A stretch of DNA of 29,152 nt. It comes from an uncultured Nitrososphaeraceae archaeon. GTDB lineage: Archaea; Thermoproteota; Nitrososphaeria; Nitrososphaerales; Nitrososphaeraceae. The notes below the pieces were generated by a model that did not search any database, was not told where the DNA came from, and was given only the letters and a program-made list of their open reading frames with translations. The first letter of the stretch is position 1, and every line of letters begins with the position of its first letter. The position numbers were made by a program, and so were the translations under genes. The stretch is from assembly GCA_963765895.1 (NCBI GenBank), contig CAVXZB010000011.1, positions 1 through 29,152 of the forward strand, written 5' to 3'. Positions 9,978 through 19,249 of the stretch are shown here, piece by piece.

Positions 9978-10130
9978 ATGACAAAAGTTAAAGCGCGGCT
10001 AGCAACAATTCCTTATTTGGAATTTGATCTAGAAGGATTTCGGGATTATTGCAGATATGTCAATGAATTGATAATCACGTATAGATTCGATAAACTGAAT
10101 ATATCTAAGAATATTAATAACATAAAATAA
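9978..10130 (+). CDS. Possible 50-codon small ORF translationally coupled to the downstream dehydrogenase
   Basis: The ATG at 9978 opens MTKVKARLATIPYLEFDLEGFRDYCRYVNELIITYRFDKLNISKNINNIK. Its TAA (10128-10130) overlaps the next gene's ATG (10130-10132) as TAATG. The composition is not low-complexity. It falls below the 60-aa cut-off of the ORF track, and I recognised no homology. Confidence 0.3.
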   Translation: MTKVKARLATIPYLEFDLEGFRDYCRYVNELIITYRFDKLNISKNINNIK

Positions 10131-11125
10131 TGAAATTGAAGAAATTTAGTGTCTACATTAGTAGAAAGCTACCAGATCATGCCATACAAATGCTTTCAAA
10201 AGAATGTAATGTTATTTTGAATGAAAAAGAAAGGCCTTCTACCAGGAAAGAACTTTTGAATGGAGTACGTGGAAAAGATGCTATTCTGTGTACACTACTG
10301 GACAATATTGATGCCAAAGTTATTGATAGTGCGGGGGTTAACCTTAAGGTTATCAGTTCCTATAGTACTGGGGTTGATCACATAGATATAGAAGAAGCAA
10401 CAAAAAGAGGAATTAGCGTTACATCTACTGGAGACATACTTACGGAGACAACTGCTGACCTTACCTTCGCACTAATACTTGCAATAGCGAGACGAATCAC
10501 ACAGGGGTATGAGGCAATCATACATAAACGTTGGAAATATGGATGGGATCCATGTTTTATGTTGGGTTCAGATGTTCATGGAAAAGTCATCGGAATTCTA
10601 GGATTGGGAAAAATTGGTTCAGCTGTTGCACGTAGAGCCAAAGGATTTGACATGGACATAATTTATCATAATAGACACGGTAGAAAAATTCAGAATGAAA
10701 AGCAGGTAGGGGCCAAATATGTCTCTCTGGAGGAACTTGTACAGAGAAGCGATTTTCTATCTCTACACTGTCCTTTGAATAATGAGAATTATCATGTAAT
10801 AAACAGGTCAATTTTCAAACTAATGAAAAGTGATGCGTACCTAATTAATACAGCTCGAGGATCTCTGGTTAATGAGACTCACTTGATTGAGGCGCTAGGG
10901 AAAAAATGGATAGCTGGTGCCGGTTTAGACGTATTTGAAAAAGAACCACCTTCGCTGAATAACAAATTATTAAAAATGAAAAATGTGGTATTGTTACCTC
11001 ATATGGGAAGTGCTACATTTTCAACTAGAACAAAAATGGCAGAAATTGCAGCTAAAAACATACTAAATGTCTTGGCTAACAAGACACCTGTTTACATTAC
11101 TAATCCACAAGTACGTCAAAGATAA
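10130..11125 (+). CDS. D-isomer-specific 2-hydroxyacid dehydrogenase (glyoxylate/hydroxypyruvate reductase-like)
   Basis: The NAD-binding motif is GILGLGKIGSAVARRAKGF. The catalytic-domain signatures are LINTARGSLVNE, AGAGLDVFEKEP and LPHMGSAT. Length (331 aa) is typical for GyaR/GhrB-type enzymes. Confidence 0.85.
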   Translation: MKLKKFSVYISRKLPDHAIQMLSKECNVILNEKERPSTRKELLNGVRGKDAILCTLLDNIDAKVIDSAGVNLKVISSYSTGVDHIDIEEATKRGISVTSTGDILTETTADLTFALILAIARRITQGYEAIIHKRWKYGWDPCFMLGSDVHGKVIGILGLGKIGSAVARRAKGFDMDIIYHNRHGRKIQNEKQVGAKYVSLEELVQRSDFLSLHCPLNNENYHVINRSIFKLMKSDAYLINTARGSLVNETHLIEALGKKWIAGAGLDVFEKEPPSLNNKLLKMKNVVLLPHMGSATFSTRTKMAEIAAKNILNVLANKTPVYITNPQVRQR

Positions 11126-11608
11126 TGCATAGGAGCAGAAACGTTCAAGCCGTCGAGCAAAACCGTGAAATTTTGCAAGCCCGCGAAATACGATATAGTA
11201 TCACCTGAACAAGGATTAAATCATGTTATCGGCTAATAATGCAGCCTGATAGCCTGTACGATTCTGAAAGCAGGATATCAAATAAATCTTGAGCCATATG
11301 ACAAGAAAAACTTAGATAGGTGGAGTGTCTTTGCACCATGATTTCCTAGTTATCGCTGGAACAGCTAGTAATATAATAAAAGAAACAAGTAGATATATGA
11401 AACTTTGGTGTAATTACCTTGCCACACACACTTTGCGGATATTCCAGATACTAAAGTCTTGAATTTATTTGCAAGATATATTATTCCACATTTTAGAAAT
11501 GGATGGCCTATACATAACAATAATAATGATAACGGCAAGTGTATCGTTCAAGAACCAATTTTAATAAATGATTTAGCAAGAGCAAAGGCAGAACTAAAAT
11601 TAAAATAG
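11126..11608 (+). pseudogene. Relic of a luciferase-like monooxygenase (LLM / F420-dependent oxidoreductase family) C-terminal half
   Basis: Three frames carry consecutive LLM-like pieces. These are ...PAKYDIVSPEQGLNHVIG*, then HHDFLVIAGTASNIIKETSRYMKLWCNYLATHTL (11337 onward), then PDTKVLNLFARYIIPHFRNG...AKAELKLK* ending at 11606-11608. The xxLELFAxxVIPHFR-type tail is characteristic. The N-terminal half is absent and there are several frameshifts and stops. Confidence 0.45.
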
Positions 11609-11733
11609 ACGCTTGTACAGTTTAATTAATTAATTCATTAACTATTTATTTGTCTACCTGTCTCTCTACTCATCTACCTAGACATTTATCCTGAATATAA
11701 AACATGTCTCACAGAGGATCATTTATTAAATCA

Positions 11734-13050
11734 TTATGATGATGTTGTTGTAGTAGTAGTTGTTGAAGATGATGATGATGTGCTAAGTATCCTTTTTACT
11801 ATATAGAGGAATTGCTCTCTCTCTACAGGTTTTTCGACAATATCATAACTTGTATTCGCGTAGGGCAGCATACTTACTATATCCTATGCTGCATCAAAAT
11901 CAGATACAAAAAGCACTTTGGTGTCAGGATTTATCACCTTAAATCTGTTATATAGTTGAAGACCGTTAAGGCCAGGCATTCTTATATCCATAACTACCAA
12001 ATCATAGTAAGAAGGACTTATTTGTGCAAATTGTTGTAATGCCATTTGTGAGTCTGTAAATGTATCGATATTATAGCCCTGACCGGCAGTCAACAAGAAT
12101 GCCTTATAAGTTATGAGTGTATCTGGTTCATCATCTACTAGTAAAATATTGTGAGCTTCTTTTTGTTGTAGTTGTTGATTGTCCTTATAACTGATGGTGG
12201 GTATATCCGAATCTTTCTTTAGCTGCTGTTGCTGGTTAGCGACAGCATATTCCTGTTGTATTTGTATTTGGACTTGTTCTTTTAGCTTTGGGATTTGTTC
12301 ATATAGGTTTAATGTATTCTTGTTGTTATTTCTTGTGCTTATTACAGAGTAGACAGGATACAGATGGTTTTCAAAGCTAGATGTAATTGGATATTCCCCT
12401 ATTCTCCTGAAATTGAAATTATGATCAGAATCATTAGCAGAAGTAGTAGTAGTTAGTAAGCCTCTTACAATATAATACAATTCACTACCTATCACCATTC
12501 CATTTGCTGATGCCATCGAGTTTATCTTTGCACAAACATTCATGGTAGAACCAAACAAGTCCTCCGTATTTGGGGAGCCTAGTGATCTAGCCACCTCAAC
12601 TCTACCATAGTCAGCACTAATCTTGTAGCACATAGATGGTAATTCACCTTCCTCTTTTAATGTTGAATTTATAAAATCTCTAGCTGCCTATCATGGTAAT
12701 ACCGCATTCTATGACATCTCTGAAAGCAGACTCATAGGGACTAGTCCACTTATCACTAATCAATGAAGAAACCAATGGTAACACCGTAGACGTTTTCGGA
12801 AAATAGAATATCAGACTACTGGCAGTATTCTTAATTATCTTGGCATTAAAGTTTCTTGCTATTGCAGCCAGTGTATTTATGAAAACAGAGTAGTATATTC
12901 TAATTTTATCTGGATCTATAATTTCAGATATAGCATCAAGAGGGTCTACCATACTAACAAAACTTACACAACAGTTTTGTGATTTATTAGAGAATACTAT
13001 CTCATTTTCCGTAAATATTAACTTCCCATCGTTAAAACGATATACAACTT
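11734..13050 (-). pseudogene. Class III cyclase-homology domain + Gln-rich linker + C-terminal receiver (REC) domain protein, interrupted by one frameshift and one in-frame TAG
   Basis: Track ORFs 12680-12952 and 11884-12633 join across a frameshift confined to 12683-12687, reading ...ECGITMI/AARDFINSTLKEEGELPSMCYKISADYGRVEVA.... The cyclase-like blocks are VSFVSMVDPLDAISE, AKIIKNTASSLIFYF, YKISADYGRVEVA and DLFGSTMNVCAKINSMASANGMVIGSELY. The REC domain reads ILLVDDEPD...DLVVMDIRMPGLNGL...KVLFVSDFDAA. A TAG at 11884-11886 follows, and the same frame continues DIVSMLPYANTSYDIVEKPVEREQFLYIVKRIL + Ser/Thr tail to the TAA at 11734-11736. No ATG, GTG or TTG lies at the 5' end. Confidence 0.7.
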
Positions 13051-13586
13051 ACTATTTAGCATAGCTTAGACAGACAGATACTATTACGTATGATGTTTAT
13101 CTTTTACTCTGTGGTGACACAACCAAACCCAGCATAATGATTATAACAATATGATAGAGTAGTTATAAAAACTCAATTGATTATATGCCTAGCTGCATTA
13201 TTGGTTTTACTTATACAATCAGCGTGAAGATCTACATGTAAATCCCCTAACGTTTAATTTTGCGCAATAGTATTTCGTTGACAAAGACTAATATACCACA
13301 GATATTGCAGCGTAGCATTGTGTGTCTAGTCTTGGTAGGTTTCAAGGTGGCCAGACTGATAGCCTGTTGCGCCCACAAGATATAAAATATAATTTATATT
13401 CTGCTTGCTTTTTGAAAAGTAAAATCAGGTTTAATTATGCATGCTAATATTTCTAAAGGATAGAATAATGCATCATCATTCATCCTAGATGCCCACCATA
13501 GATGTAACTAGACTTCCCACCACTAATCCAATTTCGAACTGTTGATTTTTGACAAGTCTAATATATGATTTAACGCTATAGTTAGC

Positions 13587-14166
13587 ATGAGATCTATAAT
13601 CTTAAGCACAACTGGCACCTTAGTATTGGCGAGCTAGTTTACTTGGTGGAACATTTGTTTTCGCTAACATGCAGAAAGCAAGTGCACAGGTGGGAGGAGG
13701 TAATATGACAGGCGGAGGAGGCGCAAGTGGAGGTATGATGGGTATGATGGGTAACCAATCAAACATTACAGGTTCTATTAAATTATCTACGGTTATGGGA
13801 AATGCATTGGCATCACAGATAAAAGTTAGTCTGAGTCAAGCTGCGACGACTGCAGAAAATACAGTAGGGAACAATTCTCATGCCGCAGCAGCACACTTTG
13901 GAATTGTAAACGGATATTTGACATATACTGTCTGGGTTATTGATGGTAGTTATACCTTTCATATGGTAATAGTGGATGCGGGAAATGGAAAAGTGCTATT
14001 GAGTCAGCCTGTATCAAAAGGAGGACCAATGATGAGGCACGGTATGATGATGGATGATGGTATGATGATGCAACGTGGACCTGGCGGTATGATGATGGAT
14101 GGCGGTGGTCCTCATGGTATGATGAAGGCTGGACCTGGAATGAGTGCACCATGGCATCAATGGTAA
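13587..14166 (+). CDS. Secreted Met/Gly-rich protein with a central PepSY-like domain; the signal peptide is split off by a frameshift
   Basis: The track ORF (13669-14166) has GGMMGMMG near the N-terminus. A PepSY-like core follows: VSLSQAATTAENTVG...NGYLTYTVWVIDGSYTFHMVIVDAGNGKVLL. The C-terminal tail is MMRHGMMMDDGMMMQRGPGGMMMDGGGPHGMMKAGPGM. The ATG at 13587 opens MRSIILSTTGTLVLAS* in another frame. The main frame is open from 13624 as YWRASLLGGTFVFANMQKASAQ, so together they form a normal signal peptide with an AxA site if 1 nt is corrected near 13620-13640. Confidence 0.7.
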
Positions 14167-14684
14167 TCAGGTAAAACCACTCTTAAGGATAGTAATAAAG
14201 ATCACTATTATTTTTTATAGTTTCTCAGGCAAGGGTTAACTAACGTATGTCATAATGGATAATAATCTTCAAAAATTTTCCTGAAACGAGTTAGTATAGG
14301 ATAAAAAGTAAAAAAAGATAATCTTCAAAAATGTAATATATCTATCTGCAGGAAAGTCTATTTATGAGCTAAGAGCCTTTTTATGACATACAAACCCTGT
14401 TCATGAAATGATAAGTGCAGTTTTTGGTTTTTCCTCCTCTTCTTTTATCTCGAGCCAAATGAACTTTCAAAAAATCTTTTAAATTCCATTTCACTCATCT
14501 TTCTTTTAGCTTCAAACATATTTTCGGCATCATCTCCTGCACAATATCTCCATCTGGTTTTCGGTCTTGGCTATTTTAAGATCCATTTTTGCGACCACGT
14601 TTGGATCAGAACACTTACAATTGATGCCTTAGATTTGTCTATAATGATTTTCGTCATATCTGCAAGAGAGGTCGATGTTTGATG

Positions 14685-15662
14685 CTATAACCTTACTAGA
14701 TTTTTAGCTTCACGATACGGAGTTTGATCCGTCCTAACTGAGTCTGGATTTGTTCCAAGTTGTCTAGATAGTTCTAATGCTAGATACGGACCATACAGAA
14801 GTTGTGCCAACCAAACAAATTCTTTGGGGATGTGATTAAAGCCTGATGTGTCTTCATTTATTTCAATAACTTCAGTTCCTATAACTTTTGCATAAGTTAG
14901 TAGACTTTCCCTTCGTGGTCGTATTACAGATGTGAAAACTAGTATGCTGGTTTGTTTGTCTATTGTTACTTTAGGACCATGTAAAAACTGTTCTAGGCCA
15001 AAACTTGTAACCGGTAGATAGCAAGTTTCAGAGATTTTAAGGGCAACTTCATGAGATATAGCTTCCCTTATTAAATCTCCTATGATCACAAAGTTTGTAA
15101 CATAAGTAGGTATTCTCTGGATTTTAATTGGAAGTCTAATATTATCTATCATCATCCTGAATCTTTCAATTATTTCATTATCAAATAGTCCTATCCACTG
15201 TATGATCCTTGCAATTGCAGATGTTAGTGATATTGTAAATGCCCCACAATTCTCTTGAGGACATGTCTCAATTCTTATATCTGCAGCAGTATTGTCAGGA
15301 CTTCCAATTCCAGTAATGAGAATAGTTCTAGCTCCAACTTTCTTTGCAACTTCTAATGCTTGAATACTATAAATTTTCGTTCCACGATGAGAAAAAACTA
15401 CGAATATATCATTATGAGAAATATAATGTGGCGATTTAACAAAATCATAACTTTGTAGTGATATGCAATTGGAGTTAATATATTCCCTCCAGAGGAATTC
15501 ACTAATTTTTGCGGCCCAATAATTGCTGCCAATTCCAACGAAGACTACTCTTCCCTTATCAGAATCGATTGTGTATAAAGCAGATGGCAAATGTGAATAT
15601 AGTAGCATACTTTTCCATTCTTCCAATTGATTTAATACATTTGTTTCATAAAGTGATACCAT
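14685..15662 (-). CDS. Double-SIS-domain sugar-phosphate isomerase/aminotransferase-like protein (GlmS isomerase-half / AgaS-like), without a glutaminase domain
   Basis: The 325-aa protein has two SIS modules. The first contains VVFVGIGSNYWAAKISEF...VFSHRGTKIYS. The second contains FVIIGDLIREAISHEVALKISETCYLPVTSFGLEQFLHGP. Confidence 0.8.
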   Translation of the reverse strand: MVSLYETNVLNQLEEWKSMLLYSHLPSALYTIDSDKGRVVFVGIGSNYWAAKISEFLWREYINSNCISLQSYDFVKSPHYISHNDIFVVFSHRGTKIYSIQALEVAKKVGARTILITGIGSPDNTAADIRIETCPQENCGAFTISLTSAIARIIQWIGLFDNEIIERFRMMIDNIRLPIKIQRIPTYVTNFVIIGDLIREAISHEVALKISETCYLPVTSFGLEQFLHGPKVTIDKQTSILVFTSVIRPRRESLLTYAKVIGTEVIEINEDTSGFNHIPKEFVWLAQLLYGPYLALELSRQLGTNPDSVRTDQTPYREAKNLVRL

Positions 15663-15849
15663 AATGGATTGAAGAACTGAATATAAAATTTGATATATCT
15701 TGTTATCTATTATAGCTATGGTCTGGGACCGTTTACAAAATTTTTTCCTTGTCTTATTTTGAACTTAAAAGTATGGCATCTAATTGTAGAAGACATGGAT
15801 AAATAATGACAACATAACAATAAAAATAAGGAGAAGTGACTTTGAAAAT

Positions 15850-16302
15850 ATGGATTCATCATATTGCGAAGCTGCAATCCAGGCACTTTATCAACAAAAG
15901 ATCGATGGCTGGAACGCTGGTAATGGGAATGCATTTGCTGCACCTTACACTGAGGATAGTGACTATATTGGATTCGATGGCACATATCTTAAAGGCCGTC
16001 AGGAAATAGCTTCTTTTCATCAGATACTCTTTGATAAATTTCTCAAAGGTAGCCATCTTGTAGGTAAGATTAGAAGTATACGATTTCCGACTTCTGATAT
16101 TGCTATTATAGTTGCAGTTGGTGGAACTGTGATGGTTGGGCAATCGGATATTGATCCGGAGAGGAACTCTGTTCATATGCTAGTTGCTATCAAACAGAAT
16201 GCCAATTGGCGTTTCACCGCATTTCAAAACTCACGGGCTCAGTTTATTGGAAGACCAGAGGAAGCTCAGGCATTAACGGATGAGCTCAGGCAGCTGTTAT
16301 AG
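15850..16302 (+). CDS. SgcJ/EcaC family (NTF2-like, SnoaL/DUF4440-type) protein
   Basis: AIQALYQQKIDGWNAGNGNAFAAPYTEDSDYIGFDGTYLKGRQEIASFHQ...NWRFTAFQNSR matches the SgcJ/EcaC pattern. Size is 150 aa. Confidence 0.8.
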   Translation: MDSSYCEAAIQALYQQKIDGWNAGNGNAFAAPYTEDSDYIGFDGTYLKGRQEIASFHQILFDKFLKGSHLVGKIRSIRFPTSDIAIIVAVGGTVMVGQSDIDPERNSVHMLVAIKQNANWRFTAFQNSRAQFIGRPEEAQALTDELRQLL

Positions 16303-16393
16303 TGATATGAGGAACAAACGGCAGCCATTGTGACGTTGCAAGTATTATAGGGGACACCAAAATATAAAGTGAATGAACAATCTCCTCATCTGC

Positions 16394-17416
16394 TTACTTT
16401 ATATCCAGACAGTTATCTATAAAGTAGTCCACTTCATGACGGTCACCTCTTTGAACCTTGCCTAACCATGCTATTTTGATAGCATCATAGCATTCGTCGC
16501 TAAGGTTATTTGAACCGCTCCCGCCACCACTGGTATGAGTATGAACATTTATGAAAATATTTTTTATACATTTCCCATGTATGAACTGGAATCCATGGAA
16601 GCCACACGGATGGAATGGTGGTCCGGGATAATGACATCTGTAATCATGACCACCAGAATCAAGTATCCCATGTCGATAACATGGTATTGGTTTACCGTCA
16701 TCGTTCTTGCATCCCTTTGCATCAGGATGTTCTTTGCATATCCTATCCTTCTGTCCACACTCTGGAAATGATGGATTTATGATATACCCAGGTTCACATG
16801 GTGTTTTATCTGGAATACATCTACCTGTTTCATCGTTTTCATGACCATGATAACCCTTAGGGCATTTATCATGCTTAGGGAAGCAGTTACCGTCTTCATT
16901 TTGGAAGAATCCATCTGGACATTTCCCATTATCTGCGTTACACTTGGGTAGTGATGGATGAAACAGACAGTCTCTGTCTGGACCGCCCGCTGTTGTTTGT
17001 GATGATGTTAGCGGTGGAGTAATAGGATGATCAGATTCTGAACCGTTACAACCTGATTTTACTCCTACAACACAAGGACCAATAGCCCCACCAGTGTCTT
17101 TACCCGTAGTATCAGCAGGGGGAGTATTCTTATTATCAGTAGGAGGAGAAGGAGGGGTATTTTCATTTCCGGTTTTGCCCTCATCCTTTACACTGCCCTC
17201 ATTGTCATTCGAGCCTGCATTACTATTATCACTGCTGCCACTGTCGCTGCCTCTGTTATCATTGCCTCCTCCACCTCCACTACTTCCACCTTCTTCGGCC
17301 GCAAGCACTGGCGATGGTAAAAGATAGAAGCTCCCCATCGTAGAAACAGGTGAGGCTACCATCACTAGTCCTAGCATTACTGCAAACATTACGGACACAA
17401 CCCTATCCTTAGTCAA
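16394..17416 (-). CDS. Secreted Cys-rich protein with a G/S/N/D low-complexity region and repeated C-P-x-G-[FY] modules
   Basis: The N-terminal signal or anchor is MTKDRVVSVMFAVMLGLVMVASPV. A ~100-aa Gly/Ser/Asn/Asp/Pro/Thr low-complexity stretch follows. The C-terminal ~220 aa carry about two dozen Cys, including KCPDGFFQNEDGNCFP, KCPKGYHGHENDETGRCIP and PCEPGYIINPSFPECG. Confidence 0.7.
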   Translation of the reverse strand: MTKDRVVSVMFAVMLGLVMVASPVSTMGSFYLLPSPVLAAEEGGSSGGGGGNDNRGSDSGSSDNSNAGSNDNEGSVKDEGKTGNENTPPSPPTDNKNTPPADTTGKDTGGAIGPCVVGVKSGCNGSESDHPITPPLTSSQTTAGGPDRDCLFHPSLPKCNADNGKCPDGFFQNEDGNCFPKHDKCPKGYHGHENDETGRCIPDKTPCEPGYIINPSFPECGQKDRICKEHPDAKGCKNDDGKPIPCYRHGILDSGGHDYRCHYPGPPFHPCGFHGFQFIHGKCIKNIFINVHTHTSGGGSGSNNLSDECYDAIKIAWLGKVQRGDRHEVDYFIDNCLDIK

Positions 17417-17955
17417 TTCTTATTATTTCATCTCTTTATTACTACTGATTACAAATAGGGATAGCTAGAGGTTTGACGATAAGACTGTTCTATTACTTTC
17501 ATATCTTGCTTACTCCCTTGGAGCCACCTTGCATTTTACTCTCTAACTCTCTTCTAGTCTTTAGATATGTTTCAATCGTTTTCCTCTGATACTGCTCCGA
17601 TGATTTTTATTATCATTCAATGATATACCAAGATTTTCACCTCCACAAGTCTACAGCTAGTGATTTTTCTTTGATTTAAAAATCTGATAGAGTAGTTTGT
17701 TTTATATTATTAGAAAATATTTCTTCTTTTGGTTGCGACACTCTAGAATCATTTCATATTACTTCTGACAAATCCAATATTTTTCTATGTTTAGAAAAAT
17801 CAAATAGTTTGTTAAATACTATTGTCGGCCTAATACTAATTGGAAATTATACAAATTAGGGGGAGTTTTCATGCGAACATTAAATTTCTTACAAATTCCA
17901 CTATAATTACAAATACTTTTATTGTTCGCTTGAATCAAGCTAATTGATTAACCTC

Positions 17956-18486
17956 ATGCTTAACAACACTATGATAGACAATGATGCTGGTATCTCTAAA
18001 CAAATTGATGATACCGATCTTAAAATTATCGATATTTTAAACAGAGACTCCTCAACACCATTTGTTGATGTAGCAAAACGAATATGTGTATCAGATGCAA
18101 CCGTGCATATAAGAGTTAGAAGAATGATTGAAGCGGGTATCATCAACAAATTCACAATCTCTGTAGATAATGATCTTCTAGGATATGATCATATGGCGTT
18201 TATGGGAATAAATATTTCTCCAGGCTCTGCAGATCAAATTGTATCCGATCTATTGAGAATTGATGAGGTCTTGGAAATTCATGAACTGCATGGTAAATTT
18301 GATTTATTGTTAAAGATTTGTGCTAAGGATCTAAATCAGATAAGAGAGATAGTAGAGAATAAGATTTGTAAAATCCCCCATATTCTTGAATCAGAGTTAA
18401 TGACAGTGCTAAAAACAAAAAAGGAAGAACAAATGATATCTCTTGAGAGTGACACTGAATATAAAGAAATGCTATCTTTAAAATAA
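17956..18486 (+). CDS. Lrp/AsnC family transcriptional regulator
   Basis: The HTH is DDTDLKIIDILNRDSSTPFVDVAKRICVSDATVHIRVRRMIEAGII. A RAM-type C-terminal domain follows (AFMGINISPG...VLEIHELHGKFDLLLKICAKD...). The ATG at 17956 is preferred over the TTG at 17944 used by the track. Confidence 0.85.
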   Translation: MLNNTMIDNDAGISKQIDDTDLKIIDILNRDSSTPFVDVAKRICVSDATVHIRVRRMIEAGIINKFTISVDNDLLGYDHMAFMGINISPGSADQIVSDLLRIDEVLEIHELHGKFDLLLKICAKDLNQIREIVENKICKIPHILESELMTVLKTKKEEQMISLESDTEYKEMLSLK

Positions 18487-19249
18487 GATCAATAAAATCA
18501 TTCTATTTTCTATACTATATACTGCAAAAGGAATTCAGATCATAATATAAGAAGCACTGGTTCTATTCTCTTATATTGTCCTGGTCTGATAAAAATAACG
18601 ATTGTTATTCAGCAATCCATATCTCTTTCATATGATTTCTTGATATCATTTTCTTTTGTTTTACTACAAGTCGATTATAGTCTGGTTTGTTATAGAGACA
18701 GAATGCTTCAGCTTTAATCCAAGGTTTGTATGATGAGGATTGCGAAGTTCATATCTTAATAAATCATTATTTAGCTTTTATTAATCTCAAAGATTTAGTG
18801 TTTGATGATCATTCTACAGTTAGGTTTAGTCTAATAGATCTCCACTCAAATTGTGCTATTGAACTCGTGTCGGTAGTCTTTTAAAGATCACTCTTACTGT
18901 TGGCATTATGTATACTTGTCTGCCATTTTTAACTTATAATAGAGATAAAGTCCATCTATAAATTGGCATTCGAAACCGAAGATAACATCGGTCGTTGTGT
19001 GTGAATTCAGCCTGCTAATTCCCTGGGATTAGAGTTGAATTCTTATAACGGCCGTGTGACAGTCACAGGTTATGGAACCTAGTGTTATCATTTACCCTCT
19101 TCCATACTTTAGTTTATTTCTAATCATCCATACATTGTCATGAGAGAAAGAATTGCAGTTAGAACAAATGAGTGTTAACAGAAAATAAGAATCCTTGACT
19201 ATTTTAGCTGCCTAATTATGCAAAACTAATTATGCAATAAAGATATTAG

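Noticed and set aside
11884-11886. TAG read-through or recoding, suggested by in-frame TAGs here, at 14571-14573 and at 21925-21927
   Set aside because: TAG is also the natural terminator of several intact genes in this window (SIS 14685-14687, SgcJ/EcaC, the Cache protein, DUF1326). No Pyl machinery is evident. Nonsense mutation is the simpler reading.
13358-13369. The 12-nt string CTGATAGCCTGT is shared with 11247-11258
   Set aside because: A single 12-mer match between two sites in a 29-kb window is expected by chance, and the flanks do not extend the similarity.
14445-14657. 71-codon minus-strand frame MTKIIIDKSKASIVSVLIQTWSQKWILK-TAG-PRPKTRWRYCAGDDAENMFEAKRKMSEMEFKRFFESSFGSR downstream of the SIS gene
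   Set aside because: It looks protein-like and may be another relic with an in-frame stop. I could not assign a family, and an alternative frame (SDPNVVAKMDLKIAKTENQMEIL) is equally plausible. There is not enough support to call a feature.
17094-17327. 77-aa Pro/Leu/Ser-rich plus-strand ORF. Similar shadow ORFs lie at 1841-2131, 2417-2710, 3355-3561, 3634-3909, 4568-4753, 6210-6395, 6505-6690, 10587-10811, 13937-14152, 15716-15985, 15859-16176, 16535-16771, 16564-16758, 17940-18155, 20157-20342, 20363-20545, 20827-21078, 21370-21630, 21674-22015, 24164-24385, 26355-26588 and 28645-29076.
   Set aside because: Each one lies antisense to, or out of frame within, a better-supported gene or relic. 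Their composition is low-complexity or hydrophobic, as is typical of shadow ORFs in AT-rich DNA.
18728-18810. C/D-box sRNA candidate (two TGATGA boxes at about 18731 and 18803)
   Set aside because: There are no CTGA D or D' boxes at the required spacing and no terminal stem. The boxes are ~70 nt apart, which is too far.
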